Below, one piece after another: positions 19,571 to 30,744 of a stretch of DNA of 64,000 nucleotides. The stretch comes from Omnitrophica WOR_2 bacterium RIFOXYA2_FULL_38_17 (GTDB taxonomy: Bacteria; Omnitrophota; Gorgyraeia; Zapsychrales; Zapsychraceae). The notes below the pieces were generated by a model that worked only from the letters and a program-made list of their open reading frames with translations, did not search any database and had not been told where the DNA came from. The stretch is from assembly GCA_001805965.1 (NCBI GenBank), contig MHHG01000073.1:18080-82079 (forward strand), read 5' to 3'. The position numbers were made by a program, and so were the translations under genes. Numbering within the stretch: position 1 is the stretch's first letter; the number at the start of each line of letters is the position of its first letter.

Positions 19571-20374
19571 CTAATCATCTGATACGATAATGCTCATTAT
19601 TGTGGAAGGCCTAACACCTTTGTAGGACATTACATAAGAACAAAATACATTGAATTCCCTTGGGAAAGAATATCCATTGCTCATAAAACGCTTTTCTATA
19701 GACTCACCCTCTCTCAGAGTAATTTGTTTTACTTTCTTATAACTTTTACGATCAATCTCGCTTGCCCCCCATTCTTTATTATTGTAAACAAAGAACAGTG
19801 TATCCTTATTTAGATCTTTAACTGTCATGATCTTATTTGTAACATTCTTTAAAGTAACTTTAAAAAATATATTTTCTTTTGTTTTAAAAACCTTTTTTTC
19901 TGCCTCAACGGTCAACTTAAAAGGCAAATAAGTGACCTGCCTCTCCCTGATCAACTCACTAAAAGGCTCTGTAACTGATTGAAGCTCAAACTGGCTTCTC
20001 CGCGGAGTATAATTTTGATACCCCTGCAATTTCACTCCTAATATTGGAAATCTTAATTCAAAGATGCCGCCTTTTGACTTCTTAAAGAATTCATCATTTA
20101 ATCCTACGATTGTTACTCCAAAGGAATTCTTGCGATTCTTATAACTGTATTCATATTCTATTGCCTTAAAACCATAGTCATTTACAGATACATTCCTCTC
20201 AGTAAAACCTTCCAATTCTTCATATTTAACTTTTAGCCTAAAAATCTCTTCTATAATCTCATCCATGACCCTGGCACACAATTCCTCCGTAGCCTTCTCT
20301 ATAACAATTTCATTCTGCGCAAAAGCCGAAAAACATATAAACAGCAAAACATGTAATATTAAAATCTTTTTCAT
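19571..20374 (-). CDS. Hypothetical exported protein with C-terminal Ig-like beta domain
   Basis: MKKILILHVLLFICFSAFA|Q signal peptide; C-terminal LTVEAEKKVFK..ENIFFKVTLKN...LREGES pattern. Confidence 0.7.
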   Translation of the reverse strand: MKKILILHVLLFICFSAFAQNEIVIEKATEELCARVMDEIIEEIFRLKVKYEELEGFTERNVSVNDYGFKAIEYEYSYKNRKNSFGVTIVGLNDEFFKKSKGGIFELRFPILGVKLQGYQNYTPRRSQFELQSVTEPFSELIRERQVTYLPFKLTVEAEKKVFKTKENIFFKVTLKNVTNKIMTVKDLNKDTLFFVYNNKEWGASEIDRKSYKKVKQITLREGESIEKRFMSNGYSFPREFNVFCSYVMSYKGVRPSTIMSIIVSDD

Positions 20375-20464
20375 AGATTTAACCTTATAAAAATTGTTAA
20401 ACAAAGAACTGTAAACCTAAAAAGGATTATACCCCAATAAAATCCCTAAACAAATGTAATAAGC

Positions 20465-20529
20465 AAAAAAAACAAGGGGTGACATTTTTTCAACTGACCT
20501 GCTCAGTCGACAAAAAACATCACCCCTTT
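20465..20529 (-). terminator. Long hairpin intrinsic terminator after rpoD
   Basis: Minus strand reads AAGGGGTGATGTTTTTT-GTCGACTGA..TCAGTTGA-AAAAATGTCACCCCTT followed by GTTTTTTTT. Confidence 0.75.
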
Positions 20530-20545
20530 ATTATCCAGCAATAAA

Positions 20546-22156
20546 CTATATGATCTCGTCTTCTTTTCCAGACATATTATCAATAAACTGCTTGACCCTT
20601 CTTGACCTTGTCGGGTGACGTAACTTCCTCAATGCTTTAGATTCGATCTGGCGCACACGTTCTCTTGTAACATTAAACTCCGTCCCAACTTCCTCAAGAG
20701 TCCTTGTTGTCCCGTCAATTATACCAAACCTGAGCTCCAGGATCTTTCTTTCCCTGTCATCAAGAGTGTTAAGAACATTAGTGATTTCATCTTTCAACAT
20801 CGATTGAAGTGTTGCATTAGCTGGTGAAATAGCCTTTTTATCCTCTATAAAATCACCAAAATGAGTATCGCCTTCATCCCCGATGGGTGTCTGCAATGAA
20901 ATTGGCACCTGTGATATCTTCAGGATCTCTTTAACTTTTGCAATAGGAATCCTCATTTGCTTCGCGATCTCCTGAGCTGTTGGCTCTCGCCCATATTCTT
21001 GCACAAAAAGTCGGGAAATACGGATGATCTTGTTAATAGTCTCTGTCATATGGACAGGTATCCTTATCGTTCTCGCTTGATCTGCTATCGAACGTGTGAT
21101 CGCTTGCCTGATCCACCATGTTGCATAAGTTGAAAACTTGTAACCTCTTTTATATTCAAATTTCTCAACTGCTCTTATAAGGCCCATATTACCTTCCTGA
21201 ATAAGATCCAAGAAAGATAACCCGCGATTGATATACTTTTTAGCAATACTGACAACTAATCTTAAGTTTGCCTCAACTAAAAGCTTTTTAGCTGTGTTAA
21301 ATTTTGATTGCCTTATTTTAATGACCCTCAGCTGCTCTTTAATAGCCTCAACAGGTTGACCTAATTCCAACAGGATCTTTGCTTTTTCTTTTTTCAATTC
21401 AGCGGCATTATCAACTTGCTTTTTCCCACTCAGCATTTTTTCGATTTTCTCAACTCTTACTATCATTTTTACAATTCTGTCAATAACACCTTCATTGAAA
21501 GCAGCTGTAAGCTTGAATTCAGCAAGAGCTATAGCCCCTTTTTCCGTACCCACTCTAGTGTGGCCGACATCAGACTTGATCCTTTTTAATTCACGGATAA
21601 GTTTAGGCCTTCTATCAAGCTCATCCTTAATTACGTCTTCCACATTGATCTCTTCATTAAGGACTCTATTGATGTTAAACAACGCTTCTTTTCTAGCATA
21701 AGCAGTTTTATACAGAGACTCTGCGAACTTGATCTCAGCTTCTTCAATTCTTTTTGCCAGATTGATCTCTTTTTCTCTAGAGAGCAAAGGAATAGATCCC
21801 ATCTGCTTTAAATACATTTTAACAGGGTCGTCTAGCGGAATGAATTTATCGGAATAAATCTCATCTTCTTTGTTCTTACTTCTGATCCTACGAATTTCCT
21901 GCTCTCTTGATTCCTCGTCTTTTTCCTCCGCCTCTTCCTCACCCTCACCCTCCTCAACACTGTCTTCACTCTCGATAATTTTTATATCTTTACCGTCAAG
22001 TATATCAAAAACCTTATCGATTTCTTCAGAAGTATCAACAGATTCAGAAAGCTTTTCGTTCACTTCAGAAAAGGTCAAAAAACCTTTCTTTTTCCCGAGC
22101 AAAACCAGCTTTTCAATATCCTGCCTAATATCATTTTTTTTGTTAGCTTGTTTCAT
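20546..22156 (-). CDS. rpoD: RNA polymerase primary sigma factor RpoD
   Basis: Region 1.1, [34 protein letters not shown] and [10 protein letters not shown]. Confidence 0.98.
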   Translation of the reverse strand: MKQANKKNDIRQDIEKLVLLGKKKGFLTFSEVNEKLSESVDTSEEIDKVFDILDGKDIKIIESEDSVEEGEGEEEAEEKDEESREQEIRRIRSKNKEDEIYSDKFIPLDDPVKMYLKQMGSIPLLSREKEINLAKRIEEAEIKFAESLYKTAYARKEALFNINRVLNEEINVEDVIKDELDRRPKLIRELKRIKSDVGHTRVGTEKGAIALAEFKLTAAFNEGVIDRIVKMIVRVEKIEKMLSGKKQVDNAAELKKEKAKILLELGQPVEAIKEQLRVIKIRQSKFNTAKKLLVEANLRLVVSIAKKYINRGLSFLDLIQEGNMGLIRAVEKFEYKRGYKFSTYATWWIRQAITRSIADQARTIRIPVHMTETINKIIRISRLFVQEYGREPTAQEIAKQMRIPIAKVKEILKISQVPISLQTPIGDEGDTHFGDFIEDKKAISPANATLQSMLKDEITNVLNTLDDRERKILELRFGIIDGTTRTLEEVGTEFNVTRERVRQIESKALRKLRHPTRSRRVKQFIDNMSGKEDEII

Positions 22157-22170
22157 TTTCTCTCCCTATA

Positions 22171-23943
22171 TCACTTCTTGATTAACTGATTAAATTCCTT
22201 AACAAGGCCTTCAAGCTTTTCATGGTCACCTTGGCTCTCAGCCTCAGTTATTTTTCTTATTAAATCTTCCCTTCTTGTTTTATCACGCCGCTTTTTGATC
22301 ACCGACATATAATCACTGTGCATCTTCTTCTTGTCACCTGCAATCGTATGATCTTCAATTACCAATGAAGATATCATTTGCTGCATTTTCTGGTCTTCGA
22401 AGCTGCTTATTAGGCTACCGACATCTATCCCTTTCCCTTGGTCGAACATGCCGAATATTTTTGTAACGACATCCCTTATACCTTTATCTTGAAAGTCTGC
22501 GGGTAGCATTTCTTTTTTTGTCGCTTCGATAAACTCTTTTTCTTCCAACAGCAACTTTAAAATACCTCTTTCTACAGTAACTCTCTGAGCTTCACCTAAA
22601 GTTTTTTGTTTTTTCTCCTCATTAAAATAATTTTTTACAGAACCTTTTCCCCCTTTTTGTAATTCTGCCAATAATGCCTGCTCTGAAACATGCAGCCTGT
22701 GAGCCAAAAGCTTTATATAATCCGATTTAATTACCTCACTACGAAACTTGCCAATAGTTACAAGCATTTCACTTGTTATTTTTTCTTTTCCTTCAGCTGT
22801 TTTACTATCGTACTTCTTCTTGAGAGAACTTAATTTATAATCAATCATCAATTGCGCATTCTTTATCCTATCAAGAAATACCTCTTGTCCCTTCATGCGT
22901 ATAAAAGAATCAGGGTCCTCTCCTTCGTCAAGAATTGCAACTTTAACATTCATTTCTTCTTCAACCAAGGTGTCAAGGCTTCGCAACATTGCAGCTTCAC
23001 CGGCCTTGTCCATATCAAACAACAATATAACATTCCTTGAATACCTTCGGATTAAGCGAATCTGCTCAACAGTTAAAGCAGTACCTAAAGAAGCAACTAT
23101 GTTCTGCACGCCAAACTGATAAGGCATTATGCAATCCAAGTATCCCTCAACAACAATAACAGCATCCTCCTGAGTGATAGAATTCTTGGCCAAATGAAAA
23201 CCATACAAATGGTTGCCTTTGGTATAAACTATTGTCTCGGGCGAATTCAAATATTTTGCCTGATTATCCTCCAGGGCACGGGCGCCAAATGCTCTGCAGT
23301 TACCTCTTGTATCAAAGATCGGAAAAATTATCCTATTTCTAAAACGGTCGTAGAAGCCTCGCCCGTTGTCTCTAGGTATTATCAGCCCAGCTTTTTCCAT
23401 CAAACCCAGGCTAACGCCTTTATTCTTCAAATGCTCCAATAGGCCATCCCACTTGTCCACTGCCAAGCCTACCTTAAAATTCTTTACTGTTTCAAAATCA
23501 ACATTTCTCTCTTTAAGATACTTGCGCGCATCACTCGCCATCTTCGTTCTTGTTGAAAGCAAGTTCTCCTGAAAATAATTAGCAGCCAGCTCATTTAATT
23601 TAAAGATCAAGAGCCTCTCATTAGTTGACCTTCTTGTCGGCTCATCTACTTCTTCAATAACCACATTAACTTTTTGCGCCAGCACCCTGATCGCTTCTGG
23701 AAAATCCATATTATCTTGCTTCATGACAAAAGAGACCACGTTGCCGCCAACGCCACACCCAAAGCAATGAAATATCTGCTTATCAGGGTTAACCACAAAA
23801 GACGGGGTCTTTTCATTATGAAAAGGACAAGCAGCTTTAAAATTCCTTCCCGCCCGCTTTAATGGTATATATGACGATATGATCTCAACAATATCAGATC
23901 GATCAATTACTTGAGAAACAATTTCTTCAGGAATTAGCACCAT
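22171..23943 (-). CDS. dnaG: DNA primase
   Basis: CPFHNEKTPSF...HCFGC zinc finger, DRFRNRIIFPI, KYLNSPET and TOPRIM EGYLD. Confidence 0.97.
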   Translation of the reverse strand: MVLIPEEIVSQVIDRSDIVEIISSYIPLKRAGRNFKAACPFHNEKTPSFVVNPDKQIFHCFGCGVGGNVVSFVMKQDNMDFPEAIRVLAQKVNVVIEEVDEPTRRSTNERLLIFKLNELAANYFQENLLSTRTKMASDARKYLKERNVDFETVKNFKVGLAVDKWDGLLEHLKNKGVSLGLMEKAGLIIPRDNGRGFYDRFRNRIIFPIFDTRGNCRAFGARALEDNQAKYLNSPETIVYTKGNHLYGFHLAKNSITQEDAVIVVEGYLDCIMPYQFGVQNIVASLGTALTVEQIRLIRRYSRNVILLFDMDKAGEAAMLRSLDTLVEEEMNVKVAILDEGEDPDSFIRMKGQEVFLDRIKNAQLMIDYKLSSLKKKYDSKTAEGKEKITSEMLVTIGKFRSEVIKSDYIKLLAHRLHVSEQALLAELQKGGKGSVKNYFNEEKKQKTLGEAQRVTVERGILKLLLEEKEFIEATKKEMLPADFQDKGIRDVVTKIFGMFDQGKGIDVGSLISSFEDQKMQQMISSLVIEDHTIAGDKKKMHSDYMSVIKKRRDKTRREDLIRKITEAESQGDHEKLEGLVKEFNQLIKK

Positions 23944-24911
23944 TAACGTTTGACTCTCCTAAAGCCTGAACATTCGTAAATTCTTAATTTTGTTTTCTTA
24001 TTCAGCTTATCCAGTAAAAGATTGATGCCCAAATTATCACTTGCAATATGCCCGGCAACAACAACATCAATATGATCATTCTTCATTTTTTTACGGCTTG
24101 CTTCTGAAACATGCATACAAAGGGTAGTCTTTATTCCTAACTGCGACATTCTCCCATAGATCTCACTTGACCCCTGGGTTCCGCCTGTCATATCAACAAA
24201 GACCCTGCCAGCCTTATTTTTTTCTTTTCCAGAAAATATTTTTGGCCCTGACTTGTTTAAAAATGCTTCTCTGTACTCAGGTTCCTTCAATAAAAGGTCA
24301 ATTACATTCTTAAGAGTTGCCGGTTTATTTTTATCCATCAGTTTCTGCAAATAATTTGCAACATGGTTATCCGCAGGCGTATGACAACTCATAAGAGGAA
24401 CGCCTAAAAGCCTTGCAGCATCAACTGCCTTCTCATGATTAGCTCCATGTATTTTACGCTCAACCTCTCCTATACGTTTTTCCATAAAACTCTCAGCAAT
24501 ATCCTTATCAATGCCAATATTACATAGAATATCAGCCTGAAGATGCATCACGTCATACAATCCTGCGTAAGCATGCCCTTCAGGATGATGGCTAATGACT
24601 AGATCTATTTTATTTCCATTCTTTGAAAGCTGGTCTGCCAATAGGACTTCTTCTACCCCAATATCTATACCTATCATCACACTATTTACATCTACATCAG
24701 GATCACCAAACAAAATCCTCGTATCAGAATAGGGATTCTTAAAAGACTCCTTATCAAAATACTTTTTTAAGCCTTGCGGTAATTTTCTATATTCTTTTTT
24801 CTTTTCTTGAAGCCTGGCTTCTATTTGCTTATTAGTGCGCAAATCTGATTTTATGCCTTCCTTTATGAAAAAAGCGTATATATCTTTTAACTTCAAATTA
24901 AACTCCCCCAA
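23943..24911 (-). CDS. Nif3/DUF34-like dinuclear metal-binding protein
   Basis: GID, ISHHPEG, HTPADN and GHIASDNLG metal-ligand motifs. Confidence 0.8.
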   Translation of the reverse strand: MGEFNLKLKDIYAFFIKEGIKSDLRTNKQIEARLQEKKKEYRKLPQGLKKYFDKESFKNPYSDTRILFGDPDVDVNSVMIGIDIGVEEVLLADQLSKNGNKIDLVISHHPEGHAYAGLYDVMHLQADILCNIGIDKDIAESFMEKRIGEVERKIHGANHEKAVDAARLLGVPLMSCHTPADNHVANYLQKLMDKNKPATLKNVIDLLLKEPEYREAFLNKSGPKIFSGKEKNKAGRVFVDMTGGTQGSSEIYGRMSQLGIKTTLCMHVSEASRKKMKNDHIDVVVAGHIASDNLGINLLLDKLNKKTKLRIYECSGFRRVKR

Positions 24912-24927
24912 ATAAAGCTTAAAATCT

Positions 24928-25485
24928 CTACTGATTGTTTCTTCTTGATAAAAGTTTAAAGACCCTCTTGTTCATGGTCTCATTAGGAAAAAACTTCTTA
25001 ACGATCCTTGAATAACAAGCGCCATAGATATTAACCGATGTATTGGTCATAATCAAACTGGACAAAGATTTTCTTGTATTGTATCTGGCTATTTCATTCC
25101 CAGATATTATTAATGATAAAAACAACAAACTACAAAGCAGATAACCTTTAACCCCCGCAACAAAAATCCCACCATATTTATTGATGAAAGACATTGTTTC
25201 TATCTTTAATAATATCAACCATGCTTTCCTTACAACCCAAAAAACACCCATAATTACAATTGCAATCACAGAAAAAGTAACAAATTGAAATAACGGCTCT
25301 GACAATTTAACATATTCTTGCAATCTTGCACTTACTGTCAAATAATAATGAATAGAGAAAACCGTTGCAAACAAGACGCCTATCAAATTAATAAATTCTG
25401 GAAACAAGCCTGATTTCCGTCCTTTAAAAATGCATGCAGCGCAAATACACGTCATCAATAAATCAATAAGATTGTAGCGTACCAT
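24928..25485 (-). CDS. cvpA: CvpA family membrane protein
   Basis: IDL...KGRKSGLFPE and INKYGGIFVAGVKG pattern with four TM helices. Confidence 0.7.
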   Translation of the reverse strand: MVRYNLIDLLMTCICAACIFKGRKSGLFPEFINLIGVLFATVFSIHYYLTVSARLQEYVKLSEPLFQFVTFSVIAIVIMGVFWVVRKAWLILLKIETMSFINKYGGIFVAGVKGYLLCSLLFLSLIISGNEIARYNTRKSLSSLIMTNTSVNIYGACYSRIVKKFFPNETMNKRVFKLLSRRNNQ

Positions 25486-25525
25486 TATAATAGTAATAAT
25501 AAATAGATTGGGTTAAAGTGCGTAA

Positions 25526-25554
25526 AGTATATCACATGGAATTACTACTGTCAA
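25526..25554 (-). promoter_or_regulatory. Sigma70 promoter for the cvpA-nif3-dnaG-rpoD operon
   Basis: Minus strand TTGACA (25549-54), N17, TATACT (25526-31), with extended -10 TG. Confidence 0.7.
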
Positions 25555-25653
25555 GGTCACCGGGAACATCAAAATTATTTACAATAAGGCTGTAAATCGC
25601 TGTTAGTTAACAACTTACGTTATTCATCAAAACCAGCTTAGAAGTATTTCATC

Positions 25654-25682
25654 TTGACATTCATTGCATATAGTGCTATCTT
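25654..25682 (+). promoter_or_regulatory. Sigma70 promoter for the diguanylate cyclase gene
   Basis: TTGACA (25654-59), N17, TATCTT (25677-82), with extended -10 TG. Confidence 0.6.
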
Positions 25683-25754
25683 TCATTAAATATAATTTTT
25701 CTTAAATTTCCATAAAAAGTACAATGGTTTTTATTTGTACCTTATTGAAAAATC

Positions 25755-27023
25755 TTGATGAACAATGAATCTATAAATAATGAACACGGGCTTCCAGCGC
25801 AATCTGAAGTGCCTAACAGAATACCGACCGCTGAAGAATTGCTTCAAAAAGCTAACGCTGAAATTCAGAAGCTTAATGAAAATCTTAGCTATTCAAAAAA
25901 AGAGCTCGGAATTCTTTACGAAGTAAGTAATGCAATGCGGTCCTTTTTGGAACTTAATCCCATTCTCCATACCATTCTAACTGGCGTCACTGCACATTCT
26001 GGCCTGGGATTTAACAGAGCAATCCTTTTCCTTGTCAATACTACTGATAGATGCCTCGAGCCTAGAACAGCAATTGGCCCGGAATCAGGGGAACATGCCC
26101 AGAAAATATGGGAATATATTTCATTATCAAACCAGCATATCGACGATCTTATCAAAAAAGACAAAATAGACCAAAACATTAAATCTCAATCTTCACTATT
26201 TGATTCAATAAAAGACTTAAAGATACCGTTAAAAGACAATGATAACCTTTTATCAAATGCTTATCACGATGGCTCGCCTACACACATAACCCCTGATCAG
26301 ATATCAAAATACTCCAACGATATTTTTTTAAAACATTTTCATACAAATGAGCTTGTAATCGTACCATTGAAAGCGAAAGATAAAGTAAACGGGATTATCA
26401 TTGCTGATAATATTTACACTCAAAAGGTAATTTCCGATGAAGACCTGAAGATGTTCATAATGCTTGCAAATCAAGCTGGTTTAGCTATAGAAAATTCCCG
26501 TCTTTACGAAATGGTAATGCATAAAAGCCATACTGACTCTCTGACATCATTATGGAACCATGGTTTTTTTCAAGACAAACTAGCTGAAGAAGTGGATAAA
26601 GCAAAAACAAACAAGAAACCTCTATCCCTGCTCATAATGGACCTTGATAATTTCAAAATATTAAATGATAGCTGCGGCCATCAGAACGGAGATATAATCC
26701 TCAAAGAAGTCTCAAACCTTTTGAAAGACTCATCCAGAGACATTGATTATGTATGCAGATACGGCGGTGAAGAATTTTCAATCATCCTGACCCAAACAAA
26801 TAAAGAATCTGGATATTCTATTGCCGAAAGAATCAGGCAAAAAATAGAACAATATTCATTTCCTGCTTTTTCACTTTATCATGAACAAAAAGTTACAATA
26901 AGTATCGGCCTTGCCACTTTTCCCGATGACGCGGATAATAATAATGACCTGATTAAGCAGGCTGACAGGGCTATGTATAAAGCAAAGTTCAGCGGCAAAA
27001 ACCAAACCTACGTTTCAGAGTAA
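25755..27023 (+). CDS. GAF sensor diguanylate cyclase
   Basis: GAF region (FNRAILFL, LANQAGLAIENSRLY), TDSLT, DLDNFK.LND..GH..GD, RDID I-site and RYGGEEF. Confidence 0.92.
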   Translation: MMNNESINNEHGLPAQSEVPNRIPTAEELLQKANAEIQKLNENLSYSKKELGILYEVSNAMRSFLELNPILHTILTGVTAHSGLGFNRAILFLVNTTDRCLEPRTAIGPESGEHAQKIWEYISLSNQHIDDLIKKDKIDQNIKSQSSLFDSIKDLKIPLKDNDNLLSNAYHDGSPTHITPDQISKYSNDIFLKHFHTNELVIVPLKAKDKVNGIIIADNIYTQKVISDEDLKMFIMLANQAGLAIENSRLYEMVMHKSHTDSLTSLWNHGFFQDKLAEEVDKAKTNKKPLSLLIMDLDNFKILNDSCGHQNGDIILKEVSNLLKDSSRDIDYVCRYGGEEFSIILTQTNKESGYSIAERIRQKIEQYSFPAFSLYHEQKVTISIGLATFPDDADNNNDLIKQADRAMYKAKFSGKNQTYVSE

Positions 27024-27100
27024 AAAACGAAAATATCCCTAGCCTGTATATTCCAGACTAGCACTGTTATAAAATCCAGCAATGATCCCTGTTGCAGGAA

Positions 27101-30100
27101 TTAAACACCCGCCGTAAGGACCTCTTCCTGCTTTTCTTCGCTTGAAAACTTAACAGATACCACACGGGAACATCCTGTCTCGGGCATGGTAATGCCGTAC
27201 ATTATATTTGCATTTGCAATTGTCTTTTTATTATGAGTAATAACAATGAACTGGGCGATTTTTGCAAAATCTTTTAGAAGGAACCCAAACCTTCCGACAT
27301 TAGATTCGTCCAGGGCAGCATCGATCTCATCCAAAACGCAGAAAGGACTTGGATTAACCTTAAACACGCCAAAGATCAAAGCAATAGCTGTTAGCGTTTT
27401 TTCTCCACCTGAAAGCAAACTGATGCTTTGCAGTTTCTTTCCCGGAGGCCTTGCAATTATCTCAATACCGGACTCCAAAACATTATCAGGTTCAAGAAGA
27501 ACCAGCTGGGCTTCTCCCCCGCCGAACAACATTCTGAAATATATCCTGAACTGCTCGCTTACTTTTGTGAACGTTTCCATGAACATTTGACGGGTTGAAC
27601 GATTAATCTTGTTGATCGTGCTCATCAATTGCGATTTTGCCTCAAAAAGATCTGATTGTTGTTTTGTCAGGAATTCAAATCTTTCCTTAAGCTGCTCATA
27701 CTCCTCAATAGCAACTAGGTTTACAGAGCCAAATGAGTCGCATTGTTTTCTTAGTTTTTCAATCTCCAAAGCCAGCTCATTCATATCAATCTGTTCAGCT
27801 TGTTCTTCAACTTCCTCAAAAGCCTTTTCAGCTTTCAGTTCTTTAACTTCAAGAACCTTACCGAATATTTCTGCTTCCAATTGAATCAAAGGACACTGGG
27901 TTGCATCTTTTTCACTAAAAGAAGTATTCATATCACGCTCTGGAGCATCTAGATCTATTTTATAAGTCTGGCTCATCCTGTCTTTGATAGCCCTAATACT
28001 AAAGGAGATCTCCTGCTCTTTAAGCTGCTTTTCATGAACTTTTTGTTTAATATCGTCGATCTCGAGCTCTAAAGCATTCATATTTGCCCTTGAGCTATTT
28101 ATTCTTTGAGCAATATCCTCTTTCTGGACAATATAATCATTCAGAACATTCTTAAACGACTCCCTCTCGCTTCTAACTTCTTCAATCCTTCGCTCTAATC
28201 CTTCTATCTCTCTCTCATATAGGCTCTTCTTATCTTCTTGCCCAATAGCCTCGTTATCAATCTTGTTAATATCTTCAAGCCATCCGTCTAGAGTCTCGGA
28301 AAACATTGATTGGTTCTTTTTGTAGCTCGTGAGCTTGTCACTATCTGCTGCAATTTCCGTTTCAAGTTGCGCAATAGACACAATAACATTTTCTTTCTCC
28401 TTTGATTTTGAAGCTATTGCTTCGCGTTTATCATGAATATCATTTTGACACCATTCAATATCCTGAGTTATAGTTTCCAGCTCATAGCTTATCCTCTCTT
28501 CATTCTTTTTTGTCTCAGCCATGAACTCTTTTACCTCTTCTATTTCAGAGCAAACAAGCTCCATCTCACCTTGCAATTTTTGCTCTTCAGCTAAAATATC
28601 ATTCCTTTGAGATTCAAGGATAGAATGCTTTTTCTCCTTATCTTGGATCTTATAAATAACCTCTTTAAATAATTCTCTGTGTTCGACTATTTGCCCAGAG
28701 ACAAAATCCCTTCTTGCCACATACTCAGAAATTTGCAGATTGATCTCATTGATCTTTAAAGATATCTGCTGCGGATCTAATTCAACAAATTTTGTTTCAC
28801 AAACGATTTCATACAATTGCAATGACTGCTCCAGACCATTTCCGACAGACTGATTGAACCTTTGCTTTAACTGCTGAAGCTGGTCATCAGCTAATGCATT
28901 AACTTCCTTTACCTTTCCAATAATGCCAGTATGATGATCCATTGGGGCTGCACTTGCATAATAACGGCCCTCGACGACAGGGTCAGGCATGTCCTGATAT
29001 TGGGCATGCAGCTTCTCAATAAACTCTTTTTGAGATTTCAAGAACAGCGTCTTCTTTTCGAGATCTTCAATAGTGCTTTTCAATTGCTCAAATTCAGCCT
29101 CATAACTTCTAAGCTTTTCTCCACGACTATCTTTGATCTGTTTAAATTCATTGATCTCAAGGTCAAGGCTATTGATTTGACCGTTGACTTCATCAAGCCT
29201 TTCATTAACCTGCTGTTTTTCAATAAGCACTTTTTCAGTTTCCAGTTCTAAACGACGCTTTCTCGCCAAATAACCCTGCATTTCCTTCATCACATCTGTA
29301 AGATCATTTCTTGTATTTGCCTGCTTTGCGCTCAAGCTCAATATGTTCTCTTCATTGCCTTTTATTTTATCTTTTGCCTCTTTAACCAATCTCTCTAATA
29401 TTGCAAGAACATCTCTTTTCTCTTTAAGCGATCTTTCATTGTGGATCTTTGCTTCCTCAAGCGTTATAAGGGCCTGCTCAAGCTCCTCGATCTTTTCCTG
29501 CTGAATTTTACATTTTTCTATCAGCTGACCTTTTTGCTCCTTTAGCTTTCGGTCATTCTGCATCAAATTCTCGATTCTCTCCTGGTTAAAACCAACCTGC
29601 CTATTATCCAGGTCGATCTGACCATCCAGTTTAATTCCCTGTGAATTAAGTTCATTTATCTTATGCTCGACTTCCCCTAAATAATTAATCTCATTAGTTA
29701 AATGCTCGGAAGCTTCCTCTAGCTCCTGATTTAAGGAATTGATCTTTTCTGTAACTTCTTTGACATGAACATCCATACTGCTTTTTTCATCTTCCAGCTC
29801 TTTAATTTGACACCTTGAATATTTTGTCTCCTGCTTTTTTAAAAATTCAAATTTCTCTTTATATTTACTTGCTTTCTTAGCCTGCCGTTCGATAGATGCA
29901 ATCTGTCTTTTAACTTCAATAGTAATATCATTGACCCTAAGCAAATTATTCTCAGTATCCTTAAGCCTGTTCAGCGCCTCTTTTTTCTTTGCTTTATATT
30001 TTGTGATTCCAGAAGCCTCATCCAAGATCATTCTTCTTTCTTCCGGTTTTGCACTGACGACCATATCAACTTTTCCCTGAGGAAGAAGCGAATAAGCTTC

Positions 30101-30505
30101 CGCCCCGATACCTGTTCCCATAAGAAGTTCTTGGATATCTTTTAATCTAACAGGGGTCTTATTCAAAAGATATTCACTCTCGCCGGAACGGAACAATCTT
30201 CTTGTTATAGTCACCTCATCGTAATCTATCGGGAGCATTTTAGATTCGTTAGAAAAGGTCAAGCTGACCTCAGCAAATCCCAAAGATGCTTTCTTTTCAG
30301 TTCCGTTAAAAATAACATCTCCCATCGCCGAGCCTCTTAACTCTTTAGCGCTTTGCTCACCTAAAACCCATCGGATAGAATCAAAGACATTACTCTTTCC
30401 GCATCCATTAGGACCGACAACAGCCGTTATTCCTGGCTCAAAATTTAAAACTGTTTTATCTGCGAAAGACTTGAACCCAAAAATTTCCAATCTTTTTAAA
30501 TACAT
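27101..30505 (-). CDS. smc: Chromosome segregation protein SMC (atypical short hinge)
   Basis: GFKSFA, GPNGCGKSN Walker A, long coiled coils, LLSGGEK signature and VLDEIDAALD Walker B/D-loop. Confidence 0.93.
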   Translation of the reverse strand: MYLKRLEIFGFKSFADKTVLNFEPGITAVVGPNGCGKSNVFDSIRWVLGEQSAKELRGSAMGDVIFNGTEKKASLGFAEVSLTFSNESKMLPIDYDEVTITRRLFRSGESEYLLNKTPVRLKDIQELLMGTGIGAEAYSLLPQGKVDMVVSAKPEERRMILDEASGITKYKAKKKEALNRLKDTENNLLRVNDITIEVKRQIASIERQAKKASKYKEKFEFLKKQETKYSRCQIKELEDEKSSMDVHVKEVTEKINSLNQELEEASEHLTNEINYLGEVEHKINELNSQGIKLDGQIDLDNRQVGFNQERIENLMQNDRKLKEQKGQLIEKCKIQQEKIEELEQALITLEEAKIHNERSLKEKRDVLAILERLVKEAKDKIKGNEENILSLSAKQANTRNDLTDVMKEMQGYLARKRRLELETEKVLIEKQQVNERLDEVNGQINSLDLEINEFKQIKDSRGEKLRSYEAEFEQLKSTIEDLEKKTLFLKSQKEFIEKLHAQYQDMPDPVVEGRYYASAAPMDHHTGIIGKVKEVNALADDQLQQLKQRFNQSVGNGLEQSLQLYEIVCETKFVELDPQQISLKINEINLQISEYVARRDFVSGQIVEHRELFKEVIYKIQDKEKKHSILESQRNDILAEEQKLQGEMELVCSEIEEVKEFMAETKKNEERISYELETITQDIEWCQNDIHDKREAIASKSKEKENVIVSIAQLETEIAADSDKLTSYKKNQSMFSETLDGWLEDINKIDNEAIGQEDKKSLYEREIEGLERRIEEVRSERESFKNVLNDYIVQKEDIAQRINSSRANMNALELEIDDIKQKVHEKQLKEQEISFSIRAIKDRMSQTYKIDLDAPERDMNTSFSEKDATQCPLIQLEAEIFGKVLEVKELKAEKAFEEVEEQAEQIDMNELALEIEKLRKQCDSFGSVNLVAIEEYEQLKERFEFLTKQQSDLFEAKSQLMSTINKINRSTRQMFMETFTKVSEQFRIYFRMLFGGGEAQLVLLEPDNVLESGIEIIARPPGKKLQSISLLSGGEKTLTAIALIFGVFKVNPSPFCVLDEIDAALDESNVGRFGFLLKDFAKIAQFIVITHNKKTIANANIMYGITMPETGCSRVVSVKFSSEEKQEEVLTAGV

Positions 30506-30573
30506 AAGTTGCTCCCCTGTTTAAGCTGTTTTTGGATATTATTTTTGTATATAGAATTTATCATTATACTTAT

Positions 30574-30744
30574 TTACTGCTGACTTTCAAGCCAAGCGTC
30601 AATTTTTTCTTTCTTAAATCTCCACTGTCCTACAGTCTTAACCGCAGGTATCTTTCTGGTTTTTAACCATTCATAGATAGTTCTTTTCTTAACACGAAGA
30701 TAATCAGCGACTTCCTCTATTGTCATCAACGATTCATAAATCAT
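30574..30744 (-). CDS. Small excisionase-like (HTH_17) DNA-binding protein, 56 aa
   Basis: Below the ORF-track cutoff. Manual translation gives MIYESLMTIEEVADYLRVKKRTIYEWLKTRKIPAVKTVGQWRFKKEKIDAWLESQQ, with RBS GAGGGAG upstream. Confidence 0.9.
   Translation of the reverse strand: MIYESLMTIEEVADYLRVKKRTIYEWLKTRKIPAVKTVGQWRFKKEKIDAWLESQQ

Noticed and set aside
19354-20404. tRNA as an integration site for an island
   Set aside because: I saw no duplicated tRNA 3' end and no integrase; the downstream genes are conserved core genes.
30574-30744. Excisionase as evidence of a prophage or ICE
   Set aside because: No integrase, att duplication or phage genes are present, and the flanks are housekeeping genes.
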